From contig JBEGRZ010000002.1 of NCBI GenBank assembly GCA_041180115.1, positions 13,615 through 77,614 on the forward strand: DNA of 64,000 bases, read 5' to 3'. Each line of letters opens with the position of its first letter. Within the stretch, counting starts at the first letter, position 1. A program made the position numbers and the translations under genes. This DNA comes from Actinomycetota bacterium (GTDB taxonomy: Bacteria > Actinomycetota > Actinomycetes > Actinomycetales > Microbacteriaceae). Below the pieces are notes generated by a model that searched no databases, was not told the DNA's origin, and saw only the letters and a program-made list of their open reading frames with translations. Shown one piece after another: positions 52,049 to 61,009 of the stretch.

Positions 52049-53011
52049 GTGCGCGAACTCAACCCAATCGGACGTGATCAAGACACCCTGTTGCTGGTAT
52101 CGGCAGACGGTGAACGTTTCAGCCTCCATGTTGATGAGGCTCTCCTGAAAACTTTGAAAGACAAGAAGCTGAACGATGCTCCAGGCGTTGAACTAACTCC
52201 TCGCGAAATCCAGGACGCCATCCGCGCTGGTAAGTCAATTGTTGAACTGGCCGAATCGAGCGGTTCAAGCCTCAGCTTCATTGAGCGTTTTGCTCACCCG
52301 GTTATTGAAGAGCTCGGTCACATGATCGATCTAGCGAAGTCAATTCGAATCGAAATGCCAGCAGATCGTTTCAATGAGGTCACCAAGAAGACCTTCGGTG
52401 AAATCGTTGAAGGCAAGCTGCATTCGGCTGGCGCCAAGGAAATCGCCTGGAGCGCCAAGCGTGGTGTGAATTCCGTTTGGGAAATCAGTGTTGGTTTTGA
52501 GACTGAAGGTAACGCCGGCGGTGCCACCTGGACGTTTGATCCTCGCAACTACCTGCTAACCCCGGAAACCGGAAGCGCCCAGAGCCTTTCGAACCCGGTT
52601 TCGGTTTTCGACTCCCCGGTACCTGTGAAGCGTGCCCAGCAGGACCACCCGGTAGAGACCGTCGTTACCGAAGACAAACTTCAGGCCTTCCGTAAGCGCC
52701 GTGAAGACGCTGCGCCGGTAATTGAAGTTGCCCCCGAGCCGGAACCCGTAACTGTACCTGAGCCAGAACCAGTCTTTGAGATTGTCGAGCCTGAGCCAGA
52801 ACCTGATCCCGTTGTTGAACTGACTTCGGTTCAGGTGACCGAGGTTATCCCAGTAGACATCGGTGAAGAGTCTCAGATTGAACAAGAGTCAGCCTCAGAA
52901 GGTGAACCAGCCGTGAAAGAATCCGGCGCACACAAGAAGGCTCGCGCTCCAATGCCTTCCTGGGATGAAATCGTCCGCGGCACTCAGACCGATGAAGGCG
53001 AATCCTTCTAG
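52049..53011 (+). CDS. sepH: septation protein SepH-like (DUF3071)
   Basis: The GTG start is preceded by AAGGAGA. The N-terminal DUF3071 string LLLVSADGERFSLHVDEAL, the helix-turn-helix-like IQDAIRAGKSIVELAESSG, a PE-rich linker and the basic C-terminus KKARAPMPSWDEIV are present. Confidence 0.78.
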   Translation: MRELNPIGRDQDTLLLVSADGERFSLHVDEALLKTLKDKKLNDAPGVELTPREIQDAIRAGKSIVELAESSGSSLSFIERFAHPVIEELGHMIDLAKSIRIEMPADRFNEVTKKTFGEIVEGKLHSAGAKEIAWSAKRGVNSVWEISVGFETEGNAGGATWTFDPRNYLLTPETGSAQSLSNPVSVFDSPVPVKRAQQDHPVETVVTEDKLQAFRKRREDAAPVIEVAPEPEPVTVPEPEPVFEIVEPEPEPDPVVELTSVQVTEVIPVDIGEESQIEQESASEGEPAVKESGAHKKARAPMPSWDEIVRGTQTDEGESF

Positions 53012-54129
53012 AAAACTCCGAACTTCACCAGCGGAATCCTGGTTTCGCGATCGGTGATGCTTCCGTGCTGACCAATAAGTTTCAGATGGTGAGGCTTTGC
53101 CGTGCGGCGATCGTAACCAACGAAGTCTTTTTGCCAAATTAGATAAAAATCAGGAACGTAGTCGGCGATGACCGCATCACCTGAAGCGACCCAACCAGAC
53201 TCAACCAGTTCAACATGCGTGCAAACTGCTGCTCGAGATCCGAATTCATCTTTGAGCGATTGCCCCAGCACCTCGGCCTCTACCCCATCTCGCAGGTAGA
53301 TGTAATTGCAGCGTGGGTCACCGGCCGAAGAAACAACCGAATCGGTGAACCACTCGAACCCATCTAAATAGACGTGGTTCTCGTGGGCTACATCTAGAAC
53401 TCCGTGATCGGCAGTAAGCAGCACACCGGTTTCTTTACCCAGCTTGGACGCGTAGCGCGACAACTCTGAATCCAAGTTCTCTAGCGCCTCTACCCATTTC
53501 GACGACTCTACTCCGAATCGGTGAGCAAGCTGATCGAGTTCTGGAACGTAAAGGTAGGTGACGCTACTGGCACTTTGGTTAGAAATGCGCAAGGCGGAAT
53601 CGAAGCGCTCGGTAAGCGACTCGGCCGTCACGTAAGAAGCTCCACTCATGGTCAGTTCGGTGAAACCGGTTTCGGCATACTGTTCTGGGCCAATCACGGA
53701 AGTCACAAGGGTCGCTTTACTCGAAAGATCGGGAAACTGCTTGAACTCGCTGGCCTCTGCTCGGTCTAGCCAGCCGGTGAGTAGGTTTCGTTGAAGGCCG
53801 AGCTCTCGCGAGTAAACGGCATAGCCGATGATGCCATGCTGACCGGAGCGCGCGCCGGTAGCCAAACCCGTCAGCGAAGTTGCTGTCGTCGAAGGAAATT
53901 CACAGCGCAACGAGGACTCCAGTTTGGAGTTCAGAAAGCGAGCATAGGCCTTGTTTTCAGTTAGGTTTTCGTATCCCAAGCCGTCGACCAAAATGACCAC
54001 AGAATGGCGGGCCTTTGGGAGCCTCAATCGGTTATCTCCCCCAGCGCCAACACTGGCCATTGCGCTTGTGAACACATCCGAGAGCCTCCCCACATCTTTA
54101 GGGGCTTTCGGTAGCATCAAAGGGTTCAC
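53008..54129 (-). CDS. alkaline-phosphatase-superfamily protein (type I phosphodiesterase/nucleotide pyrophosphatase-like)
   Basis: 373 aa. VVILVDGLGYENL, FPSTTATSLTGLATG (Thr nucleophile region) and LTADHG are present. Confidence 0.8.
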   Translation of the reverse strand: MNPLMLPKAPKDVGRLSDVFTSAMASVGAGGDNRLRLPKARHSVVILVDGLGYENLTENKAYARFLNSKLESSLRCEFPSTTATSLTGLATGARSGQHGIIGYAVYSRELGLQRNLLTGWLDRAEASEFKQFPDLSSKATLVTSVIGPEQYAETGFTELTMSGASYVTAESLTERFDSALRISNQSASSVTYLYVPELDQLAHRFGVESSKWVEALENLDSELSRYASKLGKETGVLLTADHGVLDVAHENHVYLDGFEWFTDSVVSSAGDPRCNYIYLRDGVEAEVLGQSLKDEFGSRAAVCTHVELVESGWVASGDAVIADYVPDFYLIWQKDFVGYDRRTAKPHHLKLIGQHGSITDRETRIPLVKFGVF

Positions 54130-54161
54130 GACTTAGAGTTTGCCACACCATTTAGAGACAC

Positions 54162-56585
54162 ATGACTTCAAAGAGCCAGCACGACGAGAAAATCGTTGAC
54201 ATTGACCTGACCAAGGAAATGCAGGAGTCGTTCCTGGAATATTCCTACTCGGTCATTTACTCACGCGCGCTGCCTGATGCCAGAGATGGGCTGAAGCCGG
54301 TTCACCGCCGAATCATTTACATGATGGGCGAAATGGGCTTGCGCCCAGACAAGGGTCACGTGAAATCGGCTCGTGTCACCGGTGAGGTAATGGGTAAGCT
54401 CCACCCGCACGGCGACTCAGCAATCTACGACGCAATGGTTCGTATGGCCCAAGACTTCAGTCTTCGTATGCCGCTGATTGATGGTCACGGAAACTTCGGA
54501 AGCTTGGATGATGGACCTGCTGCCGCTCGGTACACCGAAGCACGCCTGAGTCACGCTTCGATGCTTATGAACGCCGACTTGGATGAAGACGTCGTAGATT
54601 TCAAGCCAAACTATGACGCCCAGTTGACCGAACCAGAAGTGCTTCCGGCCGCTTTTCCGAACCTTCTGGTCAACGGTTCAACCGGTATCGCGGTTGGTAT
54701 GGCAACCAACATGGCTCCACACAATCTTCGCGAAGTAATCGCTGGAGCTATTCACCTGCTTCGCAACGTCGACGCATCTACCGAAGACCTGATGAAATTT
54801 GTGCCTGGCCCAGACCTCCCCACCGGTGGCTCGATTGTTGGACTAGAAGGCATCCGTGACGCATACGAGACTGGTCGAGGTATCTTCAAGACTCGCGCCA
54901 AGGTATCCGTTGAGAGCGTAAGCCCGCGCAAGCTCGGCCTAGTGGTTACTGAGCTTCCTTACCTCGTTGGCCCTGAAAAGGTCATCGAGAAGATCAAGGA
55001 AGGCGTGAACAACAAAAAACTACAAGGCATCGCTAACGTAACCGACCTCACGGACCGCAACAACGGTTTGAAACTGGTCATTGAACTCAAGACCGGTTTC
55101 GACCCACAGGTCGTTCTAGATTTGCTCTACCGCTTCACCCCGATGGAAGATTCATTCGGAATCAACAACGTGGCGCTAGTACATGGCCGTCCACAGACCC
55201 TAAGTCTTCGCCAGCTGCTTGGTGAATTCCTCGCTCACCGAATTCAGGTAACTCGTCGCCGTAGTGCAAACCGCCTCGGTAAGAAGAAAGCTCGCGCCCA
55301 CCTGGTTGAAGGTCTACTGAAGGCAATCCTAGAAATTGATGAGGTAATTCGCGTCATTCGAAACTCGGACGAAGTGGACCAGGCCCGCTCGAACCTGATG
55401 ACTCGTTTCGAGCTATCAGAACTTCAGGCCGAGTACATTCTGGAACTGAGACTGCGCAGACTCACTAAGTTCAGCAAGTTAGAACTTGATGCCGAACTTT
55501 CGGAACTCAAGAAGGAAATTGAGCTCCTTGAGAAGCTTTTGGCAAACGACAATCTTTTGAAAGACCTTGTTGCTTCCGAACTAGAAGAAGTTGCCGCCAA
55601 GTACGGAGATGACCGTCGCACCGTTCTAGTAGACGGTCAGATCGAAGTGAAGCCGATTTCGAATGCCAAGGCAATTAGCGAAGGTGCAGAGCTTGCCGAC
55701 ACGGAGTGTTCAATCCTGCTCACATCAAGCGGTTTGCTCGGTCGTAGCCCTGCCTTCAACGCAACTGTTCCCGGCGCCAAGCGCAAACGCCATGACGGTG
55801 TTGGAACCCACGTAGAGACCACCACCCGCAAGGACGTCGGCTTCCTCACCAGCACCGGCCGCATGCTCCGTATTCACGCTGGGGACATTCCACCAGCTGG
55901 AGATGTGTTCGACGCTGGAAGCGCTGTCGACGCAGCCAAGTTCCTAGGTCTCAGCGGCTCGGAGAAGCTTCTTGGCATGTTTGACCTGAGCGGAACCAGT
56001 GAGATCGCGCTGGCAACTGCTGATGGTGTGATCAAGCGTGTGAACGCCGACTACCCTCCAAAGGATGAGTTCGAAATAATCACCTTGAAGGATGGCGACT
56101 CCGTTGTAGGCGCCGCCATAGCCGATCGTGCAACCGAATACGTTCTGGTTTCCTCAGATGCTCAGCTGCTACGTTTCGATGCGGCCAGCGTGCGTGCCAC
56201 CGGCCGTGCCGCGGCTGGTATAGCCGGCATGAACCTGAGCGAGGGTGCAACCGTAATTGGATTTGGTGTGATTGAAGACGCTGAAAACGTTCAGGTGATT
56301 ACCGCAGCGAAGTCTGCTAGCACCTTGGCTGGCATCGATGGTGGCAGCATTAAGCGATCCGCGCTGAGCGAGTTCCCAGCCAAGGGCCGTGCCACCGGCG
56401 GTGTTCGCGCTCACAAGTTCATTCGCGATGAAGATCATTTGTATTTCGCGGCAGTTGCCGATGCCGAACCACTGGGTGCCAGTGCGGATGGAAAGCCGAT
56501 TGACCTGATGAGTTTTGAGCTCACTAAACGCGACGCCAGCGGAACACCAACCGACAGCGCTATCGCATCGGTTGGTAGCCGCTAA
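54162..56585 (+). CDS. parC: type IIA topoisomerase subunit A, ParC-like (topoisomerase IV)
   Basis: 807 aa. [22 protein letters not shown] and the catalytic Tyr in [10 protein letters not shown] are present. I find no GyrA-box (QRRGGKG) in the C-terminal domain, and the gene is paired with a GyrB/ParE homologue away from any dnaA/gyrB context. Confidence 0.88.
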   Translation: MTSKSQHDEKIVDIDLTKEMQESFLEYSYSVIYSRALPDARDGLKPVHRRIIYMMGEMGLRPDKGHVKSARVTGEVMGKLHPHGDSAIYDAMVRMAQDFSLRMPLIDGHGNFGSLDDGPAAARYTEARLSHASMLMNADLDEDVVDFKPNYDAQLTEPEVLPAAFPNLLVNGSTGIAVGMATNMAPHNLREVIAGAIHLLRNVDASTEDLMKFVPGPDLPTGGSIVGLEGIRDAYETGRGIFKTRAKVSVESVSPRKLGLVVTELPYLVGPEKVIEKIKEGVNNKKLQGIANVTDLTDRNNGLKLVIELKTGFDPQVVLDLLYRFTPMEDSFGINNVALVHGRPQTLSLRQLLGEFLAHRIQVTRRRSANRLGKKKARAHLVEGLLKAILEIDEVIRVIRNSDEVDQARSNLMTRFELSELQAEYILELRLRRLTKFSKLELDAELSELKKEIELLEKLLANDNLLKDLVASELEEVAAKYGDDRRTVLVDGQIEVKPISNAKAISEGAELADTECSILLTSSGLLGRSPAFNATVPGAKRKRHDGVGTHVETTTRKDVGFLTSTGRMLRIHAGDIPPAGDVFDAGSAVDAAKFLGLSGSEKLLGMFDLSGTSEIALATADGVIKRVNADYPPKDEFEIITLKDGDSVVGAAIADRATEYVLVSSDAQLLRFDAASVRATGRAAAGIAGMNLSEGATVIGFGVIEDAENVQVITAAKSASTLAGIDGGSIKRSALSEFPAKGRATGGVRAHKFIRDEDHLYFAAVADAEPLGASADGKPIDLMSFELTKRDASGTPTDSAIASVGSR

Positions 56586-58670
56586 CTAAGCGTCGATTTT
56601 GTCGGTGTCGAAATCATCGGCTGAGTCGATGATGAATTCGCGTCGAGGTGCGACCTCGTTACCCATAAGTAACTCGAATACCTTTTCGGCCGCCTCGGCA
56701 TCTTCGACGCGTACGCGGCGAAGGGTGCGGTGATCGCGGTCCATAGTGGTTTCTGCTAGCTGATCCGCATCCATTTCACCAAGACCCTTGTAACGCTGAA
56801 TTGGCTCTTGGTAACGCTTTCCCGAAGCAGCGAGTTTGGTAAGCACCGCTTCTAGTTCAGCCTGTGAGTAGGTGTAGAGAGTGTCATTTGGCTTGGAACC
56901 AGGGTTCACAACCACAACGCGGTGCAATGGCGGCACAGCAGCGAATACGCGACCGGCTTCAACCATTGGTCTCATGTAGCGGAAAAACAGTGTGAGCAGG
57001 AGGGTACGAATGTGAGCACCGTCAACATCCGCATCACTCATGAGGATTACCTTGCCGTAGCGAGCCGCATCTAACTCAAAGCTCCGGCCTGAACCGGCAC
57101 CGATCACCTGAATGATTGAAGCGCACTCGGTGTTGGAAAGCATGTCTGAAACGGAAGCCTTCTGAACGTTCAGGATCTTTCCGCGAATTGGAAGTAGCGC
57201 TTGGAACTCACTGTTACGGGCAAGCTTTGCGGTACCCAGGGCCGAGTCACCCTCCACGATGAACAACTCAGAACCTTCGGTCTCCTGAGTGCGGCAGTCA
57301 ACCAACTTAGTTGGAAGTGATGAAGTTTCCAGAGCGTTCTTGCGGCGCTGAGTTTCCTTGTGGGTTCGGGCCGAGATACGAGACTTCATCTCGGTAACAA
57401 TCTTCTCGAGCAGCAGAGCCGACTGAGACTTGTCATCACGTTTGGTCGAACCGAAACGATCTGCAAGCGCCTTGGCAACCACGTTGGTTACAATGTTGCG
57501 CACCGCTGGAGTACCTAGGATTTCCTTGGTCTGGCCTTCGAACTGAGGCTCGGCGATACGAACTGAAACGATGGCGGTGAGGCCGGCGAGAATATCTTCC
57601 TTCTCAACCTTGTCATTGCCAACTTTGAGTTTTCTGGCATTTGCGTCGATCTGCGCACGAAGAGTCTTCATCAGACCTGCTTCGAAACCAGCGATGTGGG
57701 TTCCACCCTTTGGAGTGGCGATGATGTTTACGAAGGACTTAACCTCTGACTCGTAGCCAGTGCCCCAGCGAAGTGCAACCTCAACTCCGCACTTACGCGC
57801 CACCTCTCGGGAAACCATATTTCCCGATTCGTCAAGCACAGGAACGGTCTCGGTGTAGTCACCCTCGCCGGTGATGCGCCAGGTGGCCGTGAGCGGGGCG
57901 TCCTTGGCTAGGAAGTCTGCAAATTCAGTAAGCCCGCCATCGAAGCGGAACTTGTGTTCGACTGGCTCAGCAAGGCGCTCATCGCGAACTGAGATGGCAA
58001 GGCCAGAGACTAGAAAAGCGGTCTGTCTGGCTCGACCGATCAGGTCTTCCAATTCAAATTTGGCGTCCTTGATGAAAATCTGTGGGTCGGTCCAATAGCG
58101 CACTCGGGTACCCGAAACACCCTTGGCAATCTTGCCGATTTCGCGAAGCTTGCTGGCATCCTCAAACGGCTGGAACGGATTCGAGGCAGCAATCCCCTTG
58201 GAGTCATCGAAGATGCCCGGCTCACCGCGACGGAACGACATCGCATAAGTTTTGCCATCGCGGTCAACTTCAACATCCAAACGCTCGGACAATGCATTCA
58301 CAACCGATGCACCAACACCGTGTAGACCGCCGGATGCCGCGTAAGAGCCGGAGCCAAACTTTCCACCAGCGTGCAACTTGGTGAAAACCACTTCAACACC
58401 GGTCAGTCCGGTTTTCGGTTCGATGTCTACCGGGATGCCTCGAGCGTGGTCGCGAACTTCAACCGAACCGTCGTTGTGGAGTTTGACCTCGATGCTATTT
58501 CCATAGCCTGCTAGGGCTTCGTCTACCGAGTTGTCGATGATCTCCCAAAGGCAGTGCATGAGACCGCGGGAATCAGTAGAACCGATGTACATACCCGGAC
58601 GTTTACGTACAGCTTCTAACCCCTCTAGAACAGAGAGGTGTCTTGCTGAGTAATCGTTGTTTGGCACCAA
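56586..58670 (-). CDS. parE: type IIA topoisomerase subunit B, ParE-like (topoisomerase IV)
   Basis: 694 aa. The GHKL ATPase (GLHCLWEIIDNSVDE-like, GGLHGVGASVVNALS), Toprim (ELFIVEGDSA) and PLRGKILNV-like motifs are present. Confidence 0.88.
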   Translation of the reverse strand: MVPNNDYSARHLSVLEGLEAVRKRPGMYIGSTDSRGLMHCLWEIIDNSVDEALAGYGNSIEVKLHNDGSVEVRDHARGIPVDIEPKTGLTGVEVVFTKLHAGGKFGSGSYAASGGLHGVGASVVNALSERLDVEVDRDGKTYAMSFRRGEPGIFDDSKGIAASNPFQPFEDASKLREIGKIAKGVSGTRVRYWTDPQIFIKDAKFELEDLIGRARQTAFLVSGLAISVRDERLAEPVEHKFRFDGGLTEFADFLAKDAPLTATWRITGEGDYTETVPVLDESGNMVSREVARKCGVEVALRWGTGYESEVKSFVNIIATPKGGTHIAGFEAGLMKTLRAQIDANARKLKVGNDKVEKEDILAGLTAIVSVRIAEPQFEGQTKEILGTPAVRNIVTNVVAKALADRFGSTKRDDKSQSALLLEKIVTEMKSRISARTHKETQRRKNALETSSLPTKLVDCRTQETEGSELFIVEGDSALGTAKLARNSEFQALLPIRGKILNVQKASVSDMLSNTECASIIQVIGAGSGRSFELDAARYGKVILMSDADVDGAHIRTLLLTLFFRYMRPMVEAGRVFAAVPPLHRVVVVNPGSKPNDTLYTYSQAELEAVLTKLAASGKRYQEPIQRYKGLGEMDADQLAETTMDRDHRTLRRVRVEDAEAAEKVFELLMGNEVAPRREFIIDSADDFDTDKIDA

Positions 58671-58736
58671 AAAATGCTAACTGAAGCCTCTGACCTTACC
58701 TCTGACTGACACACTGCTAAATAGACTGATAGCACT

Positions 58737-59324
58737 ATGACTTCGAGAGTGCATTCAGGGCGGCTACGTCGTGAACTGCGCCTTTCGAAGTCGGCTGTTG
58801 AGGCAAATCTCTCTGTTCTGGGGCTCAGCCCAGAAGAAGCTCGTCCGGTCATTGACGCAGTGATGACTTTCGATGGGCTCCTCGGGCTCTATGGCACCGA
58901 ACTACTCTTGCTTGAAAAAGTCTTGGGGCTTGGCACCGAAACCCCAGCGGTTCGCCTTGTTGGTGAACTCGTCTCGGTGAAGCAGGTTCCGGCTGACACC
59001 GGCATATCATACGGACACCTTTCTAAGACTTCTGAGCCAACCAACCTAGGCTTGGTCGCCCTAGGCTTTTCTGACGGAATCCCGCGAGCCGCCACCAACG
59101 AACTAATGGTCAAGATTCAGGGCAAGGCATACAAAAATGTGGGCCGCATCGCGATGGATCAGCTCATTATCAATCTAGGTATCGATAGCCCGTCCATTGG
59201 TTCCGAGGTTGAGCTTTTCGGCGATGCGCAGACTTTGGCGCAATTGGCCGGAGTTACCGGATTCTCCCCGCTTGAAATCATCGGACGCATCCCGGCTCGT
59301 GTTGCTAGGACGTGGTCGGATTGA
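58737..59324 (+). CDS. stand-alone alanine-racemase C-terminal-domain protein (retains catalytic-Tyr motif)
   Basis: 195 aa. LVGELVSVKQVPADTGISYGH...LGLVALGFSDGIPR...VGRIAMDQLIINLG...GSEVELFG aligns by eye with the whole Ala_racemase_C beta-domain, including the SYG Tyr (nt 59010-59012) and the MDQ motif. No PLP-Lys barrel is present. It could alternatively be a gene remnant. Confidence 0.6.
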   Translation: MTSRVHSGRLRRELRLSKSAVEANLSVLGLSPEEARPVIDAVMTFDGLLGLYGTELLLLEKVLGLGTETPAVRLVGELVSVKQVPADTGISYGHLSKTSEPTNLGLVALGFSDGIPRAATNELMVKIQGKAYKNVGRIAMDQLIINLGIDSPSIGSEVELFGDAQTLAQLAGVTGFSPLEIIGRIPARVARTWSD

Positions 59325-60331
59325 CCGTAGCCAAGCATGTAGATCTCGCGGCTTACGTTCGAAACCTAAAGACCATTCGAGAGCAGATGCAGCCTGCGCG
59401 CATAATGGCCGTTGTGAAGGCGGACGCCTATGGTCACGGATTGGTCGAGGTAGCCAAGGCTGCCGCGACCGCCGGCATCAACCTGCTTGGCGTACTCGAT
59501 GTTGAGACCGGCTTGGAACTGCGCCTGGCTGGAGTTCAGACCACCGCCTTCGCTTGGGTGCACTCCCCTTCTACCGACTTCGAAGCAGCCATTCGCTCGA
59601 ACATCGAACTTAGCGCTTCTTCCTTAGCCGAGCTCGAACGCATCGCGATGGCCCCTGGCATGGCCAAGGTTCACTTGAAACTTGACTCCGGACTTAGCCG
59701 GGGTGGAACCCGAATTGAGGATTGGGACGCACTGGTGACTCGTGCTGTAGCACTGGACGCCCGCGACAAGATTGACCTGGTGGCCGTTTGGTCGCACCTC
59801 TCGGGAACCTCAAAGTCTGCCGACGAAGCCTCGATAGCTCTCTTTGACGAAGCGACCAATCGCGCCTTCGACCTCGGCTTCACCGGCTATCGACACATTG
59901 CTTCGAGCCCGGCTGCATTTGCACTTCCGCAGTCTCGTTATGAGCTCGTGCGCATTGGTGTGAGTGCATTTGGCACCTCGCCGATTGAGGGCCGCAAGGC
60001 TTCATCGTTCGATCTCGAATGTCCAATGACGGTGACAGCAGAAGTAATTGCTCCGCAGGTAATTTCAATCGGTTTTCTCCACGGCTACTTCTCAAAGCTC
60101 AGCGGCAAGGCCAAGGTACTAATCGGCGGTCGTGCGTACCAGGTGACTCAGGTTGGTCCGCTCGCGTCCAAGATCGAGGCTGGCGACTATAGCGAAGGTG
60201 ATGAGGTTTTGGTTTTTGGTGGCGAGGATACTGGCGCTCCAACCGCGGAATACCTTTGTGAATTGGTTGAAACCGTAACCGATGAAATCTTCACCGGCCT
60301 GAAGGCAAACTCAACGATTTACTCGTCTTGA
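59312..60331 (+). CDS. alanine-racemase-family PLP enzyme with degenerate C-terminal domain
   Basis: 339 aa. The barrel motifs are intact: MAVVKADAYGHG (PLP Lys at nt 59417-59419), WSHLSG and VRIGVSAFG. The C-terminal domain lacks the GE.V.YG segment and the MD motif. It overlaps the upstream ORF by 13 nt. Confidence 0.8.
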   Translation: MVGLTVAKHVDLAAYVRNLKTIREQMQPARIMAVVKADAYGHGLVEVAKAAATAGINLLGVLDVETGLELRLAGVQTTAFAWVHSPSTDFEAAIRSNIELSASSLAELERIAMAPGMAKVHLKLDSGLSRGGTRIEDWDALVTRAVALDARDKIDLVAVWSHLSGTSKSADEASIALFDEATNRAFDLGFTGYRHIASSPAAFALPQSRYELVRIGVSAFGTSPIEGRKASSFDLECPMTVTAEVIAPQVISIGFLHGYFSKLSGKAKVLIGGRAYQVTQVGPLASKIEAGDYSEGDEVLVFGGEDTGAPTAEYLCELVETVTDEIFTGLKANSTIYSS

Positions 60332-61009
60332 GATAGCCTCTCGAGACTTTTCGGCAAGTTGATTTAGCGTCGCATTCCTCTTGGCAACTTTGCCCGAAAT
60401 TCCTAGCAACTCATCGGCGACACTTGGGTTCATCGGCAGGAACGGACCCTGAATGTTGGTGGCGATGATGTTGCCAGTGCGGTAGCCGTCTTGGTAACCG
60501 ACCAATTGCGCCTCATTCGAAGACGAAACCGTGGCCAAAATTGACTCTGTCCCACCACGCACAATCTCGCGGTTCCAGTTGATGAATCCCGCTAGTCCAG
60601 ATTCGGTTACAACTTCACCAACTAGGTGATCGTTAGTGATTCGATGCCTGGTATCGGCGAGACCCAGCCCAAATAGGGTTTGCCCGGGCTCAACTTCAAG
60701 ACCTTTGGAGATTAGGTCGAAACCCGCGCCAACCGCGAGAACCTTGGCACCCGCGCCAACCCAATCAATAAGCTTTGGAGACTTCTTTTCGAGATCCACA
60801 GAGGCGACCTTCACCGCACTGAGGATTCCGGAACCGATGAAAATCAAGTCGGGTTTTTCGGTTGGTAGGTTTTCACCCAACTCGACCGACTGAACTGCTA
60901 CTTCTAGCCCACTCGCCTTGCCGCGTTCTACAAGCGCAACGACATTTCCAACTTCCCCGTTTAGGTGAAGGGTATTTGGGTAGAGATGAAGAATCGTGAA
61001 TTTAGGCAT
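60311..61009 (-). CDS. gatD: GatD-like (CobB/CobQ-type GATase fold) partner of MurT, cysteine-free
   Basis: The ATG at 61009 (MPKFTILHLYP...) overlaps the murT stop by 8 nt. The 232-aa product is collinear with GatD, but the nucleophile elbow reads LAVGAGFDL and the His motif reads NIQGPFLP. There are no Cys codons in the ORF. Confidence 0.82.
   Translation of the reverse strand: MPKFTILHLYPNTLHLNGEVGNVVALVERGKASGLEVAVQSVELGENLPTEKPDLIFIGSGILSAVKVASVDLEKKSPKLIDWVGAGAKVLAVGAGFDLISKGLEVEPGQTLFGLGLADTRHRITNDHLVGEVVTESGLAGFINWNREIVRGGTESILATVSSSNEAQLVGYQDGYRTGNIIATNIQGPFLPMNPSVADELLGISGKVAKRNATLNQLAEKSREAISRRVNR

Noticed and set aside
54162-58670. Alternative reading of the topoisomerase pair as DNA gyrase (gyrA/gyrB)
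   Set aside because: I found no GyrA-box in the subunit A C-terminal domain. The genes are convergent rather than arranged as gyrB-gyrA, and the context (near sigA and sepH, no dnaA/dnaN/recF) matches the actinobacterial second type IIA enzyme. Only a phylogeny would settle this.
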